From Alphaproteobacteria bacterium (GTDB taxonomy: Bacteria > Pseudomonadota > Alphaproteobacteria > MPNO01): a stretch of 64,000 nucleotides of DNA. Under the pieces are notes generated by a model. The model searched no databases. It was not told the DNA's origin and saw nothing but the letters and a program-made list of their open reading frames with translations. Location: positions 1,856,001-1,920,000 of the forward strand of contig CBDFLJ010000002.1 of NCBI GenBank assembly GCA_965248835.1, read 5' to 3'. The position numbers and the translations under genes are program-made. Below are positions 46,667 through 57,302 of this stretch, piece after piece (position 1 is the stretch's first letter; every line of letters begins with the position of its first letter).

Positions 46667-48121
46667 ATGTCGGCCAAGGACTGCACCGACGACGACAAGC
46701 CGCGCGAGGAGTGCGGCATCGTCGGCGTCTGGGGTCATCGCGAAGCCGCGGCCCTGATCGCGCTCGGCCTGCACGCGCTGCAGCATCGCGGCCAGGAAGC
46801 AGCCGGGATCGTGAGCCTGCATGACAGCCAGTTCCACATCCACCGGGCGCTCGGCGAGGTCGGCGAGAATTTCAGCGACGCCTCGGTCATGGAGCGCCTG
46901 CCGGGCGCTGCAGCGATCGGGCACAACCGCTACTCGACCTCCGGCGATACGGTGCTGCGCAACGTTCAGCCGCTGTTCGCCGATTTCGAGTCCGGCGGGT
47001 TCGCCATCGGCCACAACGGCAACCTGACCAACGCGCGGCAGATCCGGCGCGCGCTGGTCCATCGCGGATCGCTGTTCCAGTCGACCACCGATACCGAGGT
47101 GATCATCCACCTGATCGCCACGGCCCAGGGCGGCTCGGTGCTGGACCGCCTGGTCGAGGCGTTGCACCAGGTCACGGGCGCCTATTCGCTGATCGCGCTC
47201 ACCGACGAGATGATGATCGGCCTGCGCGATCCGTGCGGCGTGCGCCCGCTGGTGATCGGCCGGCTCGACGAGGCCTATATCCTGGCCTCGGAGACCTGCG
47301 CCCTCGACATCGTCGGCGCCCAGTTCGTCCGCGACGTCGCCCCCGGAGAGATCGTGGTGATCGGAAGCGACGGGCTGCGCAGCTTCACCCCCTTCGCGCC
47401 GACGCCTCGGCGCTTTTGCGTGTTCGAATACATCTATTTCGCAAGGCCGGATTCGACGGTCGATTCGATCAACGTCTACGAGGCGCGGCGGCGGATCGGC
47501 GCGGAGCTGGCGCGCGAGCAGCCGGTCGATGCGGATGTGGTCATCCCGATCCCCGACTCGGGTGTGCCGGCGGCACTCGGCTATGCCCGCGAGGCTGGCC
47601 TTGCCTACGAGGTCGGCATCATCCGCAACCACTATGTCGGCCGTACCTTCATCGAGCCGAGCGATCGGATCCGCCACCTCGGCGTGCGGCTCAAGCACAA
47701 CGCCAACCGGTCGGTCATTACCGGGCGCCGGGTGATACTGGTCGACGACAGCATCGTGCGCGGCACCACGTCGACCAAGATCGTCGAGATGGTGCGCAAC
47801 GCCGGCGCCTCGGAGGTGCATATGCGCATCGCTTCGCCGCCGACAACGCATTCCTGCTATTACGGCGTCGATACACCCGAGCGCGACGAGCTGCTCGCGG
47901 CGCGCCACAATGTCGAGGAGATGATGCGGCTGATCGGCGTGGACTCGCTCGCCTATCTTTCGCTCGACGGGCTCTATCGGGCGCTCGGCGAGACGCGGCG
48001 CAACCCGGACACGCCGCAGTTTTGCGATGCCTGCTTCTCCGGCGACTACCCGATATCGCTCGTCGACCGCGATATCGGCGAAGGAGACGGCCAACTTTCG
48101 CTGCTGACCCAGGTCCCGTGA
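46667..48121 (+). CDS. purF: Amidophosphoribosyltransferase
   Basis: Propeptide then EECGI; QHRGQE and VDDSIVRGTT motifs. Confidence 0.96.
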   Translation: MSAKDCTDDDKPREECGIVGVWGHREAAALIALGLHALQHRGQEAAGIVSLHDSQFHIHRALGEVGENFSDASVMERLPGAAAIGHNRYSTSGDTVLRNVQPLFADFESGGFAIGHNGNLTNARQIRRALVHRGSLFQSTTDTEVIIHLIATAQGGSVLDRLVEALHQVTGAYSLIALTDEMMIGLRDPCGVRPLVIGRLDEAYILASETCALDIVGAQFVRDVAPGEIVVIGSDGLRSFTPFAPTPRRFCVFEYIYFARPDSTVDSINVYEARRRIGAELAREQPVDADVVIPIPDSGVPAALGYAREAGLAYEVGIIRNHYVGRTFIEPSDRIRHLGVRLKHNANRSVITGRRVILVDDSIVRGTTSTKIVEMVRNAGASEVHMRIASPPTTHSCYYGVDTPERDELLAARHNVEEMMRLIGVDSLAYLSLDGLYRALGETRRNPDTPQFCDACFSGDYPISLVDRDIGEGDGQLSLLTQVP

Positions 48122-48840
48122 TGGCGGCGCCCCGGCTCGACGGCCGCATCGCCCTGATCACCGGCGCCTCGCGCGGGATCGGCGCCGCCGTCGCCAAACG
48201 GTTCGCCGCCGAAGGCGCCAGGCTGGTCCTGGCCGCGCGTACCACCGGCGGGCTCGAGGAGGTGGACGACGAGATCCGCGCGGCCCTCGGCGCAGACGCC
48301 GCCCCCACCCTGGTCAAGGTCGACCTGTCGGTCGCCGAGGACATCGATCGTCTGGCGATGGCGATCTCCGAGCGCTACGGCCGGCTCGACATCCTGGTCG
48401 GCAATGCCGGTCTGCTCGGCACGATAGGCCCCATCCACCAGATCGAGCCGGCGGAATGGGACCGGGTGCTGGCAGTCAATCTCAGCGCCAACTGGCGGCT
48501 CGTGCGGGTGTTCGATCCGATCCTGCGGGCGGTCGATGCGGGGCGGGCGATCTTCGTCGGCTCCGGTGCCGCGCACGGCAAACGAGCTTACTGGGGAACC
48601 TATGCGATCTCCAAGGCCGGGCTGGAGATGATGGCGCTGATCTGGGCGGGCGAGACCGAGAAGACCCGGCTGCGGGTCAATGTCATCGATCCCGGCGCCG
48701 TCCGCACCGGCATGCGCGCGACCGCGTTCCCGGGCGAGGACCCGGCGAGGCTGAAGCCGCCCGACGCTCTGGGCGAGGTGTTCGTCGAGCTCGCCAGCCC
48801 GTCATGCCGGCGCCACGGCGAGGTGGTCCACGCGTACTGA
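48121..48840 (+). CDS. SDR oxidoreductase (YciK-like)
   Basis: TGASRGIG, YAISK and PGAVRTGMR motifs. Confidence 0.9.
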   Translation: MAAPRLDGRIALITGASRGIGAAVAKRFAAEGARLVLAARTTGGLEEVDDEIRAALGADAAPTLVKVDLSVAEDIDRLAMAISERYGRLDILVGNAGLLGTIGPIHQIEPAEWDRVLAVNLSANWRLVRVFDPILRAVDAGRAIFVGSGAAHGKRAYWGTYAISKAGLEMMALIWAGETEKTRLRVNVIDPGAVRTGMRATAFPGEDPARLKPPDALGEVFVELASPSCRRHGEVVHAY

Positions 48841-48854
48841 GACGCGGCGGCCGT

Positions 48855-50207
48855 TCAGGCGCGGCTGTCCTCGACATAGGGGTTGCGGCGCTTGCGCAGG
48901 ACAATGCGGATCGGGATCCCCGACAGGCCGAAATCCTCGCGCAAGCCGTTGGTCAGATAGCGCAGGTAGGAGTCCGGCACGGCGCCGGGCCGGCTGGTGA
49001 AAAGCGAGAAGGTCGGCGGGCGGGCCTTGACCTGGGTGATATAGCGCAGTTTCGGCCTGCGGCCCTGGACCATGGGCGGCGGATGACGCTCGATGACGTC
49101 CTGGAGCCAGCGGTTGAGCGGTGCGGTATCGACACGCCGGTTCCAGACGTCGTGGACCTCGACCACCGCAGGCAACAGCCGGTTGACGCCGGCGCGGGTC
49201 AGCGCCGAGAGCGCGACCACCGGGATCCCGCGCACCTGGGGCAGCGAACGGTCGAGCCGATCGCCGATGTCGCGCATCACCGCCGCCCGGTCGGGCACAG
49301 CGTCCCACTTGTTGAGCGCGAGCACCATCGCCCTGCCCTCCTCGATAATATGGCGGGCGATCGTCAGGTCCTGCTTATCCATTCCCTCCAGAGCGTCGAT
49401 CAGCAGCACGACCACATGGGCGAAGCGCACCGCGTGCTCGGTATCGGCGACCGTGATCCTTTCCAGCTTCTGCCTCACCCGCGCCGGTCGGCGGAGCCCC
49501 GCGGTGTCGATCAGGCTGATGTCGCGGTCGCGCCAGCGCCAGGAAACCCAGATCGCGTCGCGGGTAAGGCCGGGCTCGGGTCCGGTGATCACGCGCTCCT
49601 CGTCCAGCAGGCGGTTGAACAGGGTCGACTTGCCGACATTAGGGCGGCCGACGATGGCGAGCCTGAGCGTGTCGTCCTCGGTCTCGGACGCAGACGCCTG
49701 GGAGACTCCGAGCGCAAGCGCGCGGCGCTCGATCGCATCGCGCAGATCGACCAGCCCCTCGCCGTGTTCCGCCGAGACCGCCACGGGCTCGTCGAAGCCG
49801 AGCTCGAAGGCCTCGATCAGCCCGCCGGCGCCGGCAGAGCCCTCGCACTTGTTGGCCACCAGGACGACCGGCTTGGACGTCCGGCGCAGCCGGTTCGCGA
49901 ACTGGCGGTCAAGCGGGGTGATCCCGGCGCGGGCGTCGATCAGCAGCAGCACGAGATCGGCCTGCTCGACCGCCCGGTCGGTCTGGCGCTGCATCCGCCC
50001 GCTCAGGCTTTCCGCCTCGGCCTCCTCCAGTCCGGCGGTATCGACGATGTCGAACGCGAGGCCGAGCAGCCGCGCAGCCCCCTCGCGGCGGTCGCGGGTC
50101 ACCCCCGGGCTCGGATGCACCAGAGCCGTCCGCCGTCCGACCAGCCGGTTGAACAGGGTCGATTTGCCGACATTCGGACGCCCGAGTATGGCGACCTTGA
50201 GCGGCAT
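48855..50207 (-). CDS. der: Ribosome biogenesis GTPase Der
   Basis: Two GRPNVGKS/DTAG domains plus C-terminal KH-like domain. Confidence 0.96.
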   Translation of the reverse strand: MPLKVAILGRPNVGKSTLFNRLVGRRTALVHPSPGVTRDRREGAARLLGLAFDIVDTAGLEEAEAESLSGRMQRQTDRAVEQADLVLLLIDARAGITPLDRQFANRLRRTSKPVVLVANKCEGSAGAGGLIEAFELGFDEPVAVSAEHGEGLVDLRDAIERRALALGVSQASASETEDDTLRLAIVGRPNVGKSTLFNRLLDEERVITGPEPGLTRDAIWVSWRWRDRDISLIDTAGLRRPARVRQKLERITVADTEHAVRFAHVVVLLIDALEGMDKQDLTIARHIIEEGRAMVLALNKWDAVPDRAAVMRDIGDRLDRSLPQVRGIPVVALSALTRAGVNRLLPAVVEVHDVWNRRVDTAPLNRWLQDVIERHPPPMVQGRRPKLRYITQVKARPPTFSLFTSRPGAVPDSYLRYLTNGLREDFGLSGIPIRIVLRKRRNPYVEDSRA

Positions 50208-51532
50208 CAGCGCAGCGCGATCAGATCCGCATCGTCGGTGAGCAGCAGCACCGTTCGGCCCGCCACCGCCGGGGCGATCCGAACCGGCCCCGGCACCTCG
50301 ATCAGACCCATGGGTTTGCCCGAGTACGGCGACACAGACCAGACCTCGCCCAGGCTGTTGCCGACCAGCAACCGGTCGCCGGCAAGCACTGGACCGGCCC
50401 ACTGGATTGGGCCGGACCTGTCCTCCTCGTCCTCGAACTGGGGCAGTGCCCGGACCCAGCGGACGCGGCCGTCGGCCCGCGACAGGCAGGCGAGGTCGCC
50501 GTCGTTTGAGATCAGGTAGAGAAACGCGCCAGCGACCCACGGCCCGAACGTGCCGCCGATCCCCCGTTCCCAGACCCGGCTGCCCGTCCTGAGATCGATT
50601 GCGACCGTCCGCCCGCCATTGCCGACGGCGAATACCAGGCCACGGTCGATCACCGGCAGCCCGCGGATATGGGCGAGCGAGGAGACCGGGTCGGATCGGC
50701 GCAGCGCGATCAGCGCCTCGGACCAGACAACGCGGCCGTTCGCCGCGCGCAGCGCGACGATCTCGCCGGAGCTGTAGGGCACCACGACGATCCCGTCGTC
50801 GACCGCCGGCGCCGCACCGCCGACGAGGCTGGCGGTCTCGGTCAGCCCCGAATGGGACCACAGCACATCGCCGCGCCGCGCATCGAGCGCGTAAAGCGCG
50901 TTCGCGACGGTTGACGCGAACACCTTCCCGCCGCGGGCAGTCGGTGCCGCGCGCAAGGGTCCGGGCAAGCGGCGGCGCCACAGCTCCTCACCGTTGGCCG
51001 CATCGAGCGCGATGACTTGGGCAAACCCGGTGGTGACGAACAGCATTCCGGCGTTCAGCGCGATGCCGCCGCCGAGGATCCCGCTGTCGTCGTCGTCGGG
51101 CTTGAGCTCGGAGCGCCAGATCATCGACCCGGTGTCCAGGTCATGGGCGCGAACATCGGCCGAAACGTCGATCGTGTAGACCCGTCCGCCGCCGACCACA
51201 GGCTGAGCCAGGAGCTGGCCTTCGTCGGAGGAGCCGTTGCCGACATCGGCGTGCCAAAGGCGTTCGAGCGGGCCATCGGCGGCCAGATGGTGCATCGCGT
51301 GGTTGGCGAGCCCGCCGGCCTGCGGCCAGTTGGCGTTGGCCACCGGGCGCGGCAGCCGGACCTCGATGTCGGCGATCCGCGGATCCGGCGCGATCGTTTC
51401 GCGCAGCGTCAGCACCGCCAGCCTTTCGCCGGGCAGCGGCGGCTCCTCGGCCTCGCCGAACCATTGCCCGCAGCCCAGCAGCGTCAGCGCCGGGGCGGCG
51501 AAAAGGACCGCACGGATCGCGGCCGGCCTCAT
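50207..51532 (-). CDS. bamB: PQQ-like beta-propeller lipoprotein (BamB)
   Basis: Lipobox LLGC; repeated G..W blades; yfgM-bamB-der synteny. Confidence 0.85.
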   Translation of the reverse strand: MRPAAIRAVLFAAPALTLLGCGQWFGEAEEPPLPGERLAVLTLRETIAPDPRIADIEVRLPRPVANANWPQAGGLANHAMHHLAADGPLERLWHADVGNGSSDEGQLLAQPVVGGGRVYTIDVSADVRAHDLDTGSMIWRSELKPDDDDSGILGGGIALNAGMLFVTTGFAQVIALDAANGEELWRRRLPGPLRAAPTARGGKVFASTVANALYALDARRGDVLWSHSGLTETASLVGGAAPAVDDGIVVVPYSSGEIVALRAANGRVVWSEALIALRRSDPVSSLAHIRGLPVIDRGLVFAVGNGGRTVAIDLRTGSRVWERGIGGTFGPWVAGAFLYLISNDGDLACLSRADGRVRWVRALPQFEDEEDRSGPIQWAGPVLAGDRLLVGNSLGEVWSVSPYSGKPMGLIEVPGPVRIAPAVAGRTVLLLTDDADLIALR

Positions 51533-52173
51533 GGCTCGGCCAGCGTGGCGAGCAGCTGCGTGGCGCGCGCGCGGATGTTGGTCGGCGCGTCGAGGTCATC
51601 GACGATCCGCCGGAAGTGGCCCCTCGCTTCGTCGAGCTTGCCCTGGCGCCTCGCGATCAGCCCGAGGATCTCGAGCGCGGTATGGCGCCAGGGGCCGCCG
51701 TCCTCGGCGAGCGGCGCGAGATCGTCAAGGATCTGCGCATCGGCGTCATCGGCCGCGTTGAGCGCGGCCAGGACCGTCGCCAGCTCGCGCATCGTCCGGT
51801 CGAGTCCCTTATCCTTCGACAGCGTCCGGAACGCCGCCGCCGCACCGTCCCGGTCGCCCGCGGAGATCTTCAAGGCCGCCTCGTGGAAGCGGGAAAGCGT
51901 GCCGTAGACCGTATCGTTCTGGCGCGCCAAGGCGGCGAACAGGGCGGCCGCGTCCTGCTGCTTGCCCTCTGCCAAAAGCGCTTTGGCGGTGGCGAACTTC
52001 GCGCCCGCCTCCAGGTTCTGGCCCTCCTGGTATTGCTGCCAACCGTTGTACCCCGCGACCGCGAGCACGATCGCCACGACGGCGCCGATGGCGTATTTCC
52101 CGTAGGCGCGCCAGACCTTCTCCGCCTTTTCCTGGCGAAGCTCTTCATCGATCTCGCGGAATATGTCGCCCAC
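51529..52173 (-). CDS. TPR protein, YfgM-like
   Basis: DIFREIDEELR followed by a TM segment; synteny. Confidence 0.85.
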   Translation of the reverse strand: MGDIFREIDEELRQEKAEKVWRAYGKYAIGAVVAIVLAVAGYNGWQQYQEGQNLEAGAKFATAKALLAEGKQQDAAALFAALARQNDTVYGTLSRFHEAALKISAGDRDGAAAAFRTLSKDKGLDRTMRELATVLAALNAADDADAQILDDLAPLAEDGGPWRHTALEILGLIARRQGKLDEARGHFRRIVDDLDAPTNIRARATQLLATLAEP

Positions 52174-52387
52174 GCCGGGGTCTCCGTATCGCGCAGCCAA
52201 CCGCGCGGCCGCCAATCCAACGTCACGCGCACCGGACGCCGAGGGATTACATGCTTGCCGCGATCACCGCAAGTTCCCCTGCATCGGGGCTTCGATTTCC
52301 GGTGCGGGCTCTGGACGCGGTGCAACAAATCGGTAATAAAATGGGTGGTGCCAGCGTAAAACCCATGGGGCCCGTTAAAAGAGAAAA

Positions 52388-52720
52388 ATGGGGACCGTCG
52401 TCAACCTCAGCGCGCACCGGAGCGAACCCCGATCCGTCTTTTTCGATCGCAGCGACCTCAATCGGCTTCTGTCGCTGTACAGCCAGTATGTCGCCAAGGG
52501 CATCTGGAAGGACTATGCGATGAGCGCGAGCGAGGGAATGGCGACATTCTCGGTGTTCCGCCGCGCGAGCGACGGTCCGGTCTACACCGTGATCAAATAT
52601 GCAGCGGGCGACGAAGGGCAGAGTGAATACGTCGTCTGCCGCGGCGGCCGGCGGCTGAGGCGGGGGGCGACGCTGGGCTCCATCCTGGAGATGTTCGAGC
52701 CCAAGCTCAAGCTCGTGTAA
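52388..52720 (+). CDS. DUF2794 family protein
   Basis: FFDRSDLNRLLSLY..VAKG.WKDYA and FSVFRRAS motifs. Confidence 0.85.
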   Translation: MGTVVNLSAHRSEPRSVFFDRSDLNRLLSLYSQYVAKGIWKDYAMSASEGMATFSVFRRASDGPVYTVIKYAAGDEGQSEYVVCRGGRRLRRGATLGSILEMFEPKLKLV

Positions 52721-52742
52721 GCACCGGTCGGGCGCCTGAAGG

Positions 52743-53459
52743 CTATTCATCAATCAGGACGTGGCCGCCCGCGAGCCATTTGAAGTAGATCGCCGGCTCA
52801 TCGGGCGTGGCTTCGATCCAACCGGCCTCGAATCTCTCCTGGATGTGCCGCAGAATCCGTTTGGTGATCCCGGCGAGCTCGAGGCGGGCCGCCTCCTGCA
52901 GGGAGAACCAGTTCAGATCCAGGAGCTCGCCATTGCCACGGACCTCGCCGCTGACGTGGCGCGATTCGACGATGAAAAACCGGGCGTTGAACCGGACAGG
53001 GCGAATCGGCGGCGTCATCGCGCGGGCGACATATTCGAGGCTGCCCAGGGCGGGCGCCGAGCCGGTGCCGAAGAACGCCTCCCAACCGGCCGGTGGCTTG
53101 CGGTCCGGCTCGGGGTCAGGAGCACCGATGATCAGCCCGGTCTCCTCGAAGGTTTCGCGCACCGCCGCGACCGCCATCGCGCGGGCGCGCGCCGGGCTCA
53201 GCTTGCGTTGGAGCCGGGCGGCGGTGGCGCCGCCGAGCGGGCTCGCGGTCCGGACCCGGCTGTCCCGGGCATCGATCCGCCCGCCCGGGAAGACGTAACG
53301 GCTGGGCATGAACCGGTGGGCGGCATGGCGCTCGCCCATCAGGACCTCGATCCCGCCGCCCCGCGACCGGCGGTAGATGATCAGGGTCGCGGCATCGCGC
53401 GGCCGGGCCGTAGGCGCGCCGGGCTTGCGTACCGGCGGCGGCGGAGATGTCGGGCTCAT
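52743..53459 (-). CDS. NUDIX hydrolase
   Basis: RPRDAATL, FPGG, AAVRETFEETGL and RFNARFF motifs. Confidence 0.88.
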   Translation of the reverse strand: MSPTSPPPPVRKPGAPTARPRDAATLIIYRRSRGGGIEVLMGERHAAHRFMPSRYVFPGGRIDARDSRVRTASPLGGATAARLQRKLSPARARAMAVAAVRETFEETGLIIGAPDPEPDRKPPAGWEAFFGTGSAPALGSLEYVARAMTPPIRPVRFNARFFIVESRHVSGEVRGNGELLDLNWFSLQEAARLELAGITKRILRHIQERFEAGWIEATPDEPAIYFKWLAGGHVLIDE

Positions 53460-54568
53460 GCGCCGGACTGCCGCTTGGGCGTATCCGGCATCAGCGCCGG
53501 CCGCAGCGGTGCGATCGGTGGCAGGGGGACCTGCTGCCAATCCTCGGTGCGGCGCAGCACCGCCTTGGACAGCGCCGCGATATTTCCCGCCCCGGCACAG
53601 AAAGCGGCAATCCGCAGCTCCTCGATCATCCGGCGCATGCGCTGAGCGACGGCCTCGACCGCTTGAGTCGCATCGCCGAGCACCGGTGCCGCGGTCCCGG
53701 CCAGCACGGCGCCGAGCCGGATCGCCTTGGCCACATCCACGCCGTTGCGGATGCCGCCGCTGGCAAACACCGGCTTGGTCGGAATGGCCGCCACGACGTC
53801 GATCAGCGCCGCGGCTGTAGGGATTCCCCAACCGGCAAAGGAATGTGCGATCTGGCGGACCTCCGGGTCGGGCTGGCGGTAGGCTTCGACCTCGCTCCAG
53901 CTCGTGCCGCCGGCACCGGCGACATCGATTCCGGCCATGCCGCACGCGACCAGCCTGGCGGCGAGCGCGCCGCTGATGCCGTTGCCGACCTCCTTGCCGA
54001 CCAGCGGCACCTCGAGCGCGGCGGCCAGCCGCTCGATGCGCCCCAGCAGTCCGGCCCAGTTCCGGTCACCGCCGGCCTGGACAGCCTCTTGCAGCGGGTT
54101 GAGATGAAGGATAAGCGCGTCGGCTTCGATCGTCTCGACCGCCCGCCGCGCCTGATCGATGCCGTAGCCATCGTTGAGCTGGACCGCACCGAAATTGGCG
54201 AACAGGAGAATGTCGGGGGCCAGGTCGCGGACCTTGAATGTCCGGGCCAGCTCGGGCCGCTCGATCATCGCCCGCTGGGAGCCGACGCCCATGGCGATGC
54301 CGAGCGCCTGAGCGGCCTCGGCGAGGCGGCGGTTGATGTCGCGCGCCCGGGGCGTCCCGCCGGTCATGCTGCTGATCAAGAGCGGCGCCCGCAGGGTCCT
54401 GCCGAACACCGTCACCGACAGGTCGATCGCGTCGAGGTCGAGGTCCGGCAGGGCGCAATGCTCAAAGAAAAACCGTTCGAAGCCGGTGGTGACGCCCTTC
54501 GCGGCGACATCCTCGTTCAGGACGGTCTGGATATGCTCCCGCTTGCGGCTCTCGCTATCCCCGCTCAT
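53456..54568 (-). CDS. fni: Type 2 (FMN-dependent) isopentenyl-diphosphate delta-isomerase
   Basis: RKREHI, SSMTGG, GVGSQR, HLNPLQE, KEVGNG and GAGGTSW motifs. Confidence 0.93.
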   Translation of the reverse strand: MSGDSESRKREHIQTVLNEDVAAKGVTTGFERFFFEHCALPDLDLDAIDLSVTVFGRTLRAPLLISSMTGGTPRARDINRRLAEAAQALGIAMGVGSQRAMIERPELARTFKVRDLAPDILLFANFGAVQLNDGYGIDQARRAVETIEADALILHLNPLQEAVQAGGDRNWAGLLGRIERLAAALEVPLVGKEVGNGISGALAARLVACGMAGIDVAGAGGTSWSEVEAYRQPDPEVRQIAHSFAGWGIPTAAALIDVVAAIPTKPVFASGGIRNGVDVAKAIRLGAVLAGTAAPVLGDATQAVEAVAQRMRRMIEELRIAAFCAGAGNIAALSKAVLRRTEDWQQVPLPPIAPLRPALMPDTPKRQSGA

Positions 54569-54747
54569 CGCCGCCCGTTGTCTTTGGTCTGCGCCCGCCG
54601 GTCGAGAAACCACCAGGCCGACACGCCGCCGAGCAACGCCAGGACGACGCCGAAGAGCGTCTCCAGCACCGGGTTGACGCCGACGATGGCGAAATAGACG
54701 ATGAAGATCGCCAGCCCTGCGATAACCCCGGCGGCCCTGGCCAACAT
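54565..54747 (-). CDS. Small 2-TM membrane protein
   Basis: Two hydrophobic helices; stop overlaps the fni start. Confidence 0.6.
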   Translation of the reverse strand: MLARAAGVIAGLAIFIVYFAIVGVNPVLETLFGVVLALLGGVSAWWFLDRRAQTKDNGRR

Positions 54748-54803
54748 TGCTGCGTCACTCTCGATGCGGCCCGGCAGCCGCGCGTCGAATCGTTCCGGGG
54801 CGC

Positions 54804-55613
54804 TCAGCCGGCGACCAGCCGCACCGTCTGCCGTTCCTCGGCCAGACCGCTCAGGTCGATCCGGTCGATCCCGCTCTGCGGGCTCATGTAACGCCCGGCA
54901 AATGAAAGTTCCAGGTCGTCTTCGGCAAACGGATAGGGCGCCATCGCGTAAGAGCCGTCGGCGCGCGGCGTGATCTCGATATCGACATCCTCGCCGGCGT
55001 TCTTGGGAACATGGGTGAAGGTCGTCGTCTTGCGGTGCTGCGCGTGGTTGCAGTTGAAATACAGCGCCATCGTGTCGAAAAGCTGGAGCTGCTTGTAATT
55101 CTGCATCACCTGGGCGTCATCGACCAGCGGCGCGGTCTCCTCCGCCTCGGCGAGAGCCTTTTTCAGGCGGTCCTGGCGCTCGAGCTCGCCGTCGAGCATC
55201 GCCTCGGCGACGCCGCGATTGTCCGCAGCGATCGTGTCCAGGAGGACATGGTCGGACATGCCGTAGCGGCCGTTATAGAGGCCCCAGCTATGCATGCTCG
55301 ACAGCAGGCCGCAATAGGAGTGGTGCTTGCTGTTGAAGGCGGGCGAAGCGGCGGAGGTCTTTATGATCTCCTCGAACGGGGTCTTGACAAGGTTGTAGGG
55401 CAAGCCGGTGGCCGGATCGATCCGCGCCTCGGCGTCAAGGTCGGCCCAGCCGGCGTCGTGGTGGTCGATGATGTAGAGAACGACATCGCGCGGCTCGACG
55501 GGCTCGAAGGACTCGTTGCCGAACTTGCGGGCGATGCGGCCGGCAAACGCCATATGGTCGGCCATCCTGATGACGAAACGCGGCTCGCTGTCGGGTGCGC
55601 TTTGAACGATCAT
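54804..55613 (-). CDS. DUF3891 family protein
   Basis: DH...HHDAGW and LLSSMH motifs; C-terminal PYPF. Confidence 0.75.
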   Translation of the reverse strand: MIVQSAPDSEPRFVIRMADHMAFAGRIARKFGNESFEPVEPRDVVLYIIDHHDAGWADLDAEARIDPATGLPYNLVKTPFEEIIKTSAASPAFNSKHHSYCGLLSSMHSWGLYNGRYGMSDHVLLDTIAADNRGVAEAMLDGELERQDRLKKALAEAEETAPLVDDAQVMQNYKQLQLFDTMALYFNCNHAQHRKTTTFTHVPKNAGEDVDIEITPRADGSYAMAPYPFAEDDLELSFAGRYMSPQSGIDRIDLSGLAEERQTVRLVAG

Positions 55614-55731
55614 TTTCGGGCCTCCGCTGTAGTCTGGACCCGGACTATAGCACGACGCCCGGCCGGGTCGTTATCCCCCGAACCGCCGCTGCGCTATCGA
55701 TCACGCGGCTCTCGTCATGCGCCCGGGGCGC

Positions 55732-57288
55732 CTATTCCCACTCGATCGTGCCGGGCGGCTTTGATGTGACGTCGTAGACGATCCGGTTGATCCCGGGCAC
55801 CTCGTTGACGATGCGGGTTGCGACCCGGGCGAGGAATTCGTGCTCGAAGGCAAAGCTGTCCGCGGTCATCCCATCGGTCGAGGTGACGGCGCGAAGGCCG
55901 CACACCCGGTCGTAGGTCCGCTCATCGCCCATCACACCCACCGTGCGGACCGGCAGCAGAACCGCGAACGCCTGCCAGATCCGATCGTACAGCCCGGCGC
56001 TGCGGATCTCCTCGATATAGATCGCATCGGCCCGCCTGAGAATCTCCAGCCCGTCGGCAGTGACTTCGCCGGGGATGCGGATCGCGAGTCCCGGCCCGGG
56101 GAACGGATGTCGCCCGATGAGCCGGTCGGGCAGCCCGAGCTCGCGGCCGAGCGCCCGGACTTCATCCTTGAACAGATCGCGCAGCGGCTCGACCAGCGAC
56201 ATGTCCATCCACTCGGGCAGACCGCCGACATTGTGATGGGACTTGATTACCGCGCTCGGCCCGCCGCTCACCGAGACCGATTCGATGACGTCGGGGTAGA
56301 GCGTGCCCTGGGCCAGGAATTCCGCCCCACCTTCCTTCGCCGCCTCGTCCTCGAAGATGTCGATGAAGGTGGCGCCGATGATCTTCCGTTTTTCCTCGGG
56401 ATCGGACACGCCGACCAGCTTTTCGAGGAACAGTTGGCTTTCCTCGCGTGCGCGCAGCGGGATGTTGTAGTGGTCGCGGAACATGCCCACGACCTCAGCC
56501 GCCTCACCTTGGCGCATCAGGCCGGTGTCGACGAAAACGCAGAACAGTTGATCGCCGATCGCCTCGTGCAGCAGCACCGCGGTCACCGCGCTGTCGACCC
56601 CGCCGGACAGGCCGCAGACGACCCGCCCGGACCCCACTTGCGCGCGCACGCGCTCGATCGCGGCATCGCGAAAGGCCGCCATGGTCCAACGCCCCGCACA
56701 GCCGGCGATCCCGTGGGTAAAGGCCTGGAGCAACGCCGCGCCGTCCGGCGTATGGACGACTTCGGGGTGGAACTGCACCCCGTAATAGCGTCTGTCCTCA
56801 TCGGCGATCACCGCAAACGGCGCACCGGCGCTGACAGCGACGGGAGTGAACCCCTCGGGCAGCGCGACCACGCGATCGCCGTGGCTCATCCACACCTGGG
56901 GATGATCGTCGACGCACCAGACGCCTTCGAACAGGCCGCACGGGGCAGTGACGTCGAGCGTCGAGCGGCCGAACTCGCGCTGCTCGCTCGCCTCGACCGT
57001 GCCGCCGAGCGCCTCGCACATCGCCTGCTGCCCGTAGCAGATACCGAGCACGGGCACGCCGAGCGCGAAGACGGCATCGGGCGCACGCGGCCCGCTCCGG
57101 CGGGTGATCGAATCGGGTCCGCCCGAGAGCACCACCGCAAAAGGAGCGAAGTCCCGGATCGCAGCCTCGGGCATGTGGAAAGGATGGATCTCGCAATAGA
57201 CCCCGCTCTCGCGGATCCGTCGCGCGATGAGCTGGGTCACCTGGGAGCCGAAATCCAGGATCAGGACCGGTTCGTCGCCGCGATCCAT
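55732..57288 (-). CDS. guaA: GMP synthase (glutamine-hydrolysing)
   Basis: [26 protein letters not shown] and [10 protein letters not shown] motifs. Confidence 0.97.
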   Translation of the reverse strand: MDRGDEPVLILDFGSQVTQLIARRIRESGVYCEIHPFHMPEAAIRDFAPFAVVLSGGPDSITRRSGPRAPDAVFALGVPVLGICYGQQAMCEALGGTVEASEQREFGRSTLDVTAPCGLFEGVWCVDDHPQVWMSHGDRVVALPEGFTPVAVSAGAPFAVIADEDRRYYGVQFHPEVVHTPDGAALLQAFTHGIAGCAGRWTMAAFRDAAIERVRAQVGSGRVVCGLSGGVDSAVTAVLLHEAIGDQLFCVFVDTGLMRQGEAAEVVGMFRDHYNIPLRAREESQLFLEKLVGVSDPEEKRKIIGATFIDIFEDEAAKEGGAEFLAQGTLYPDVIESVSVSGGPSAVIKSHHNVGGLPEWMDMSLVEPLRDLFKDEVRALGRELGLPDRLIGRHPFPGPGLAIRIPGEVTADGLEILRRADAIYIEEIRSAGLYDRIWQAFAVLLPVRTVGVMGDERTYDRVCGLRAVTSTDGMTADSFAFEHEFLARVATRIVNEVPGINRIVYDVTSKPPGTIEWE

Positions 57289-57302
57289 GGGCGCGCCGGC
57301 CC

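Noticed and set aside
55613-55740. Island integration at the guaA 3' end
   Set aside because: No integrase or duplicated guaA tail is visible.
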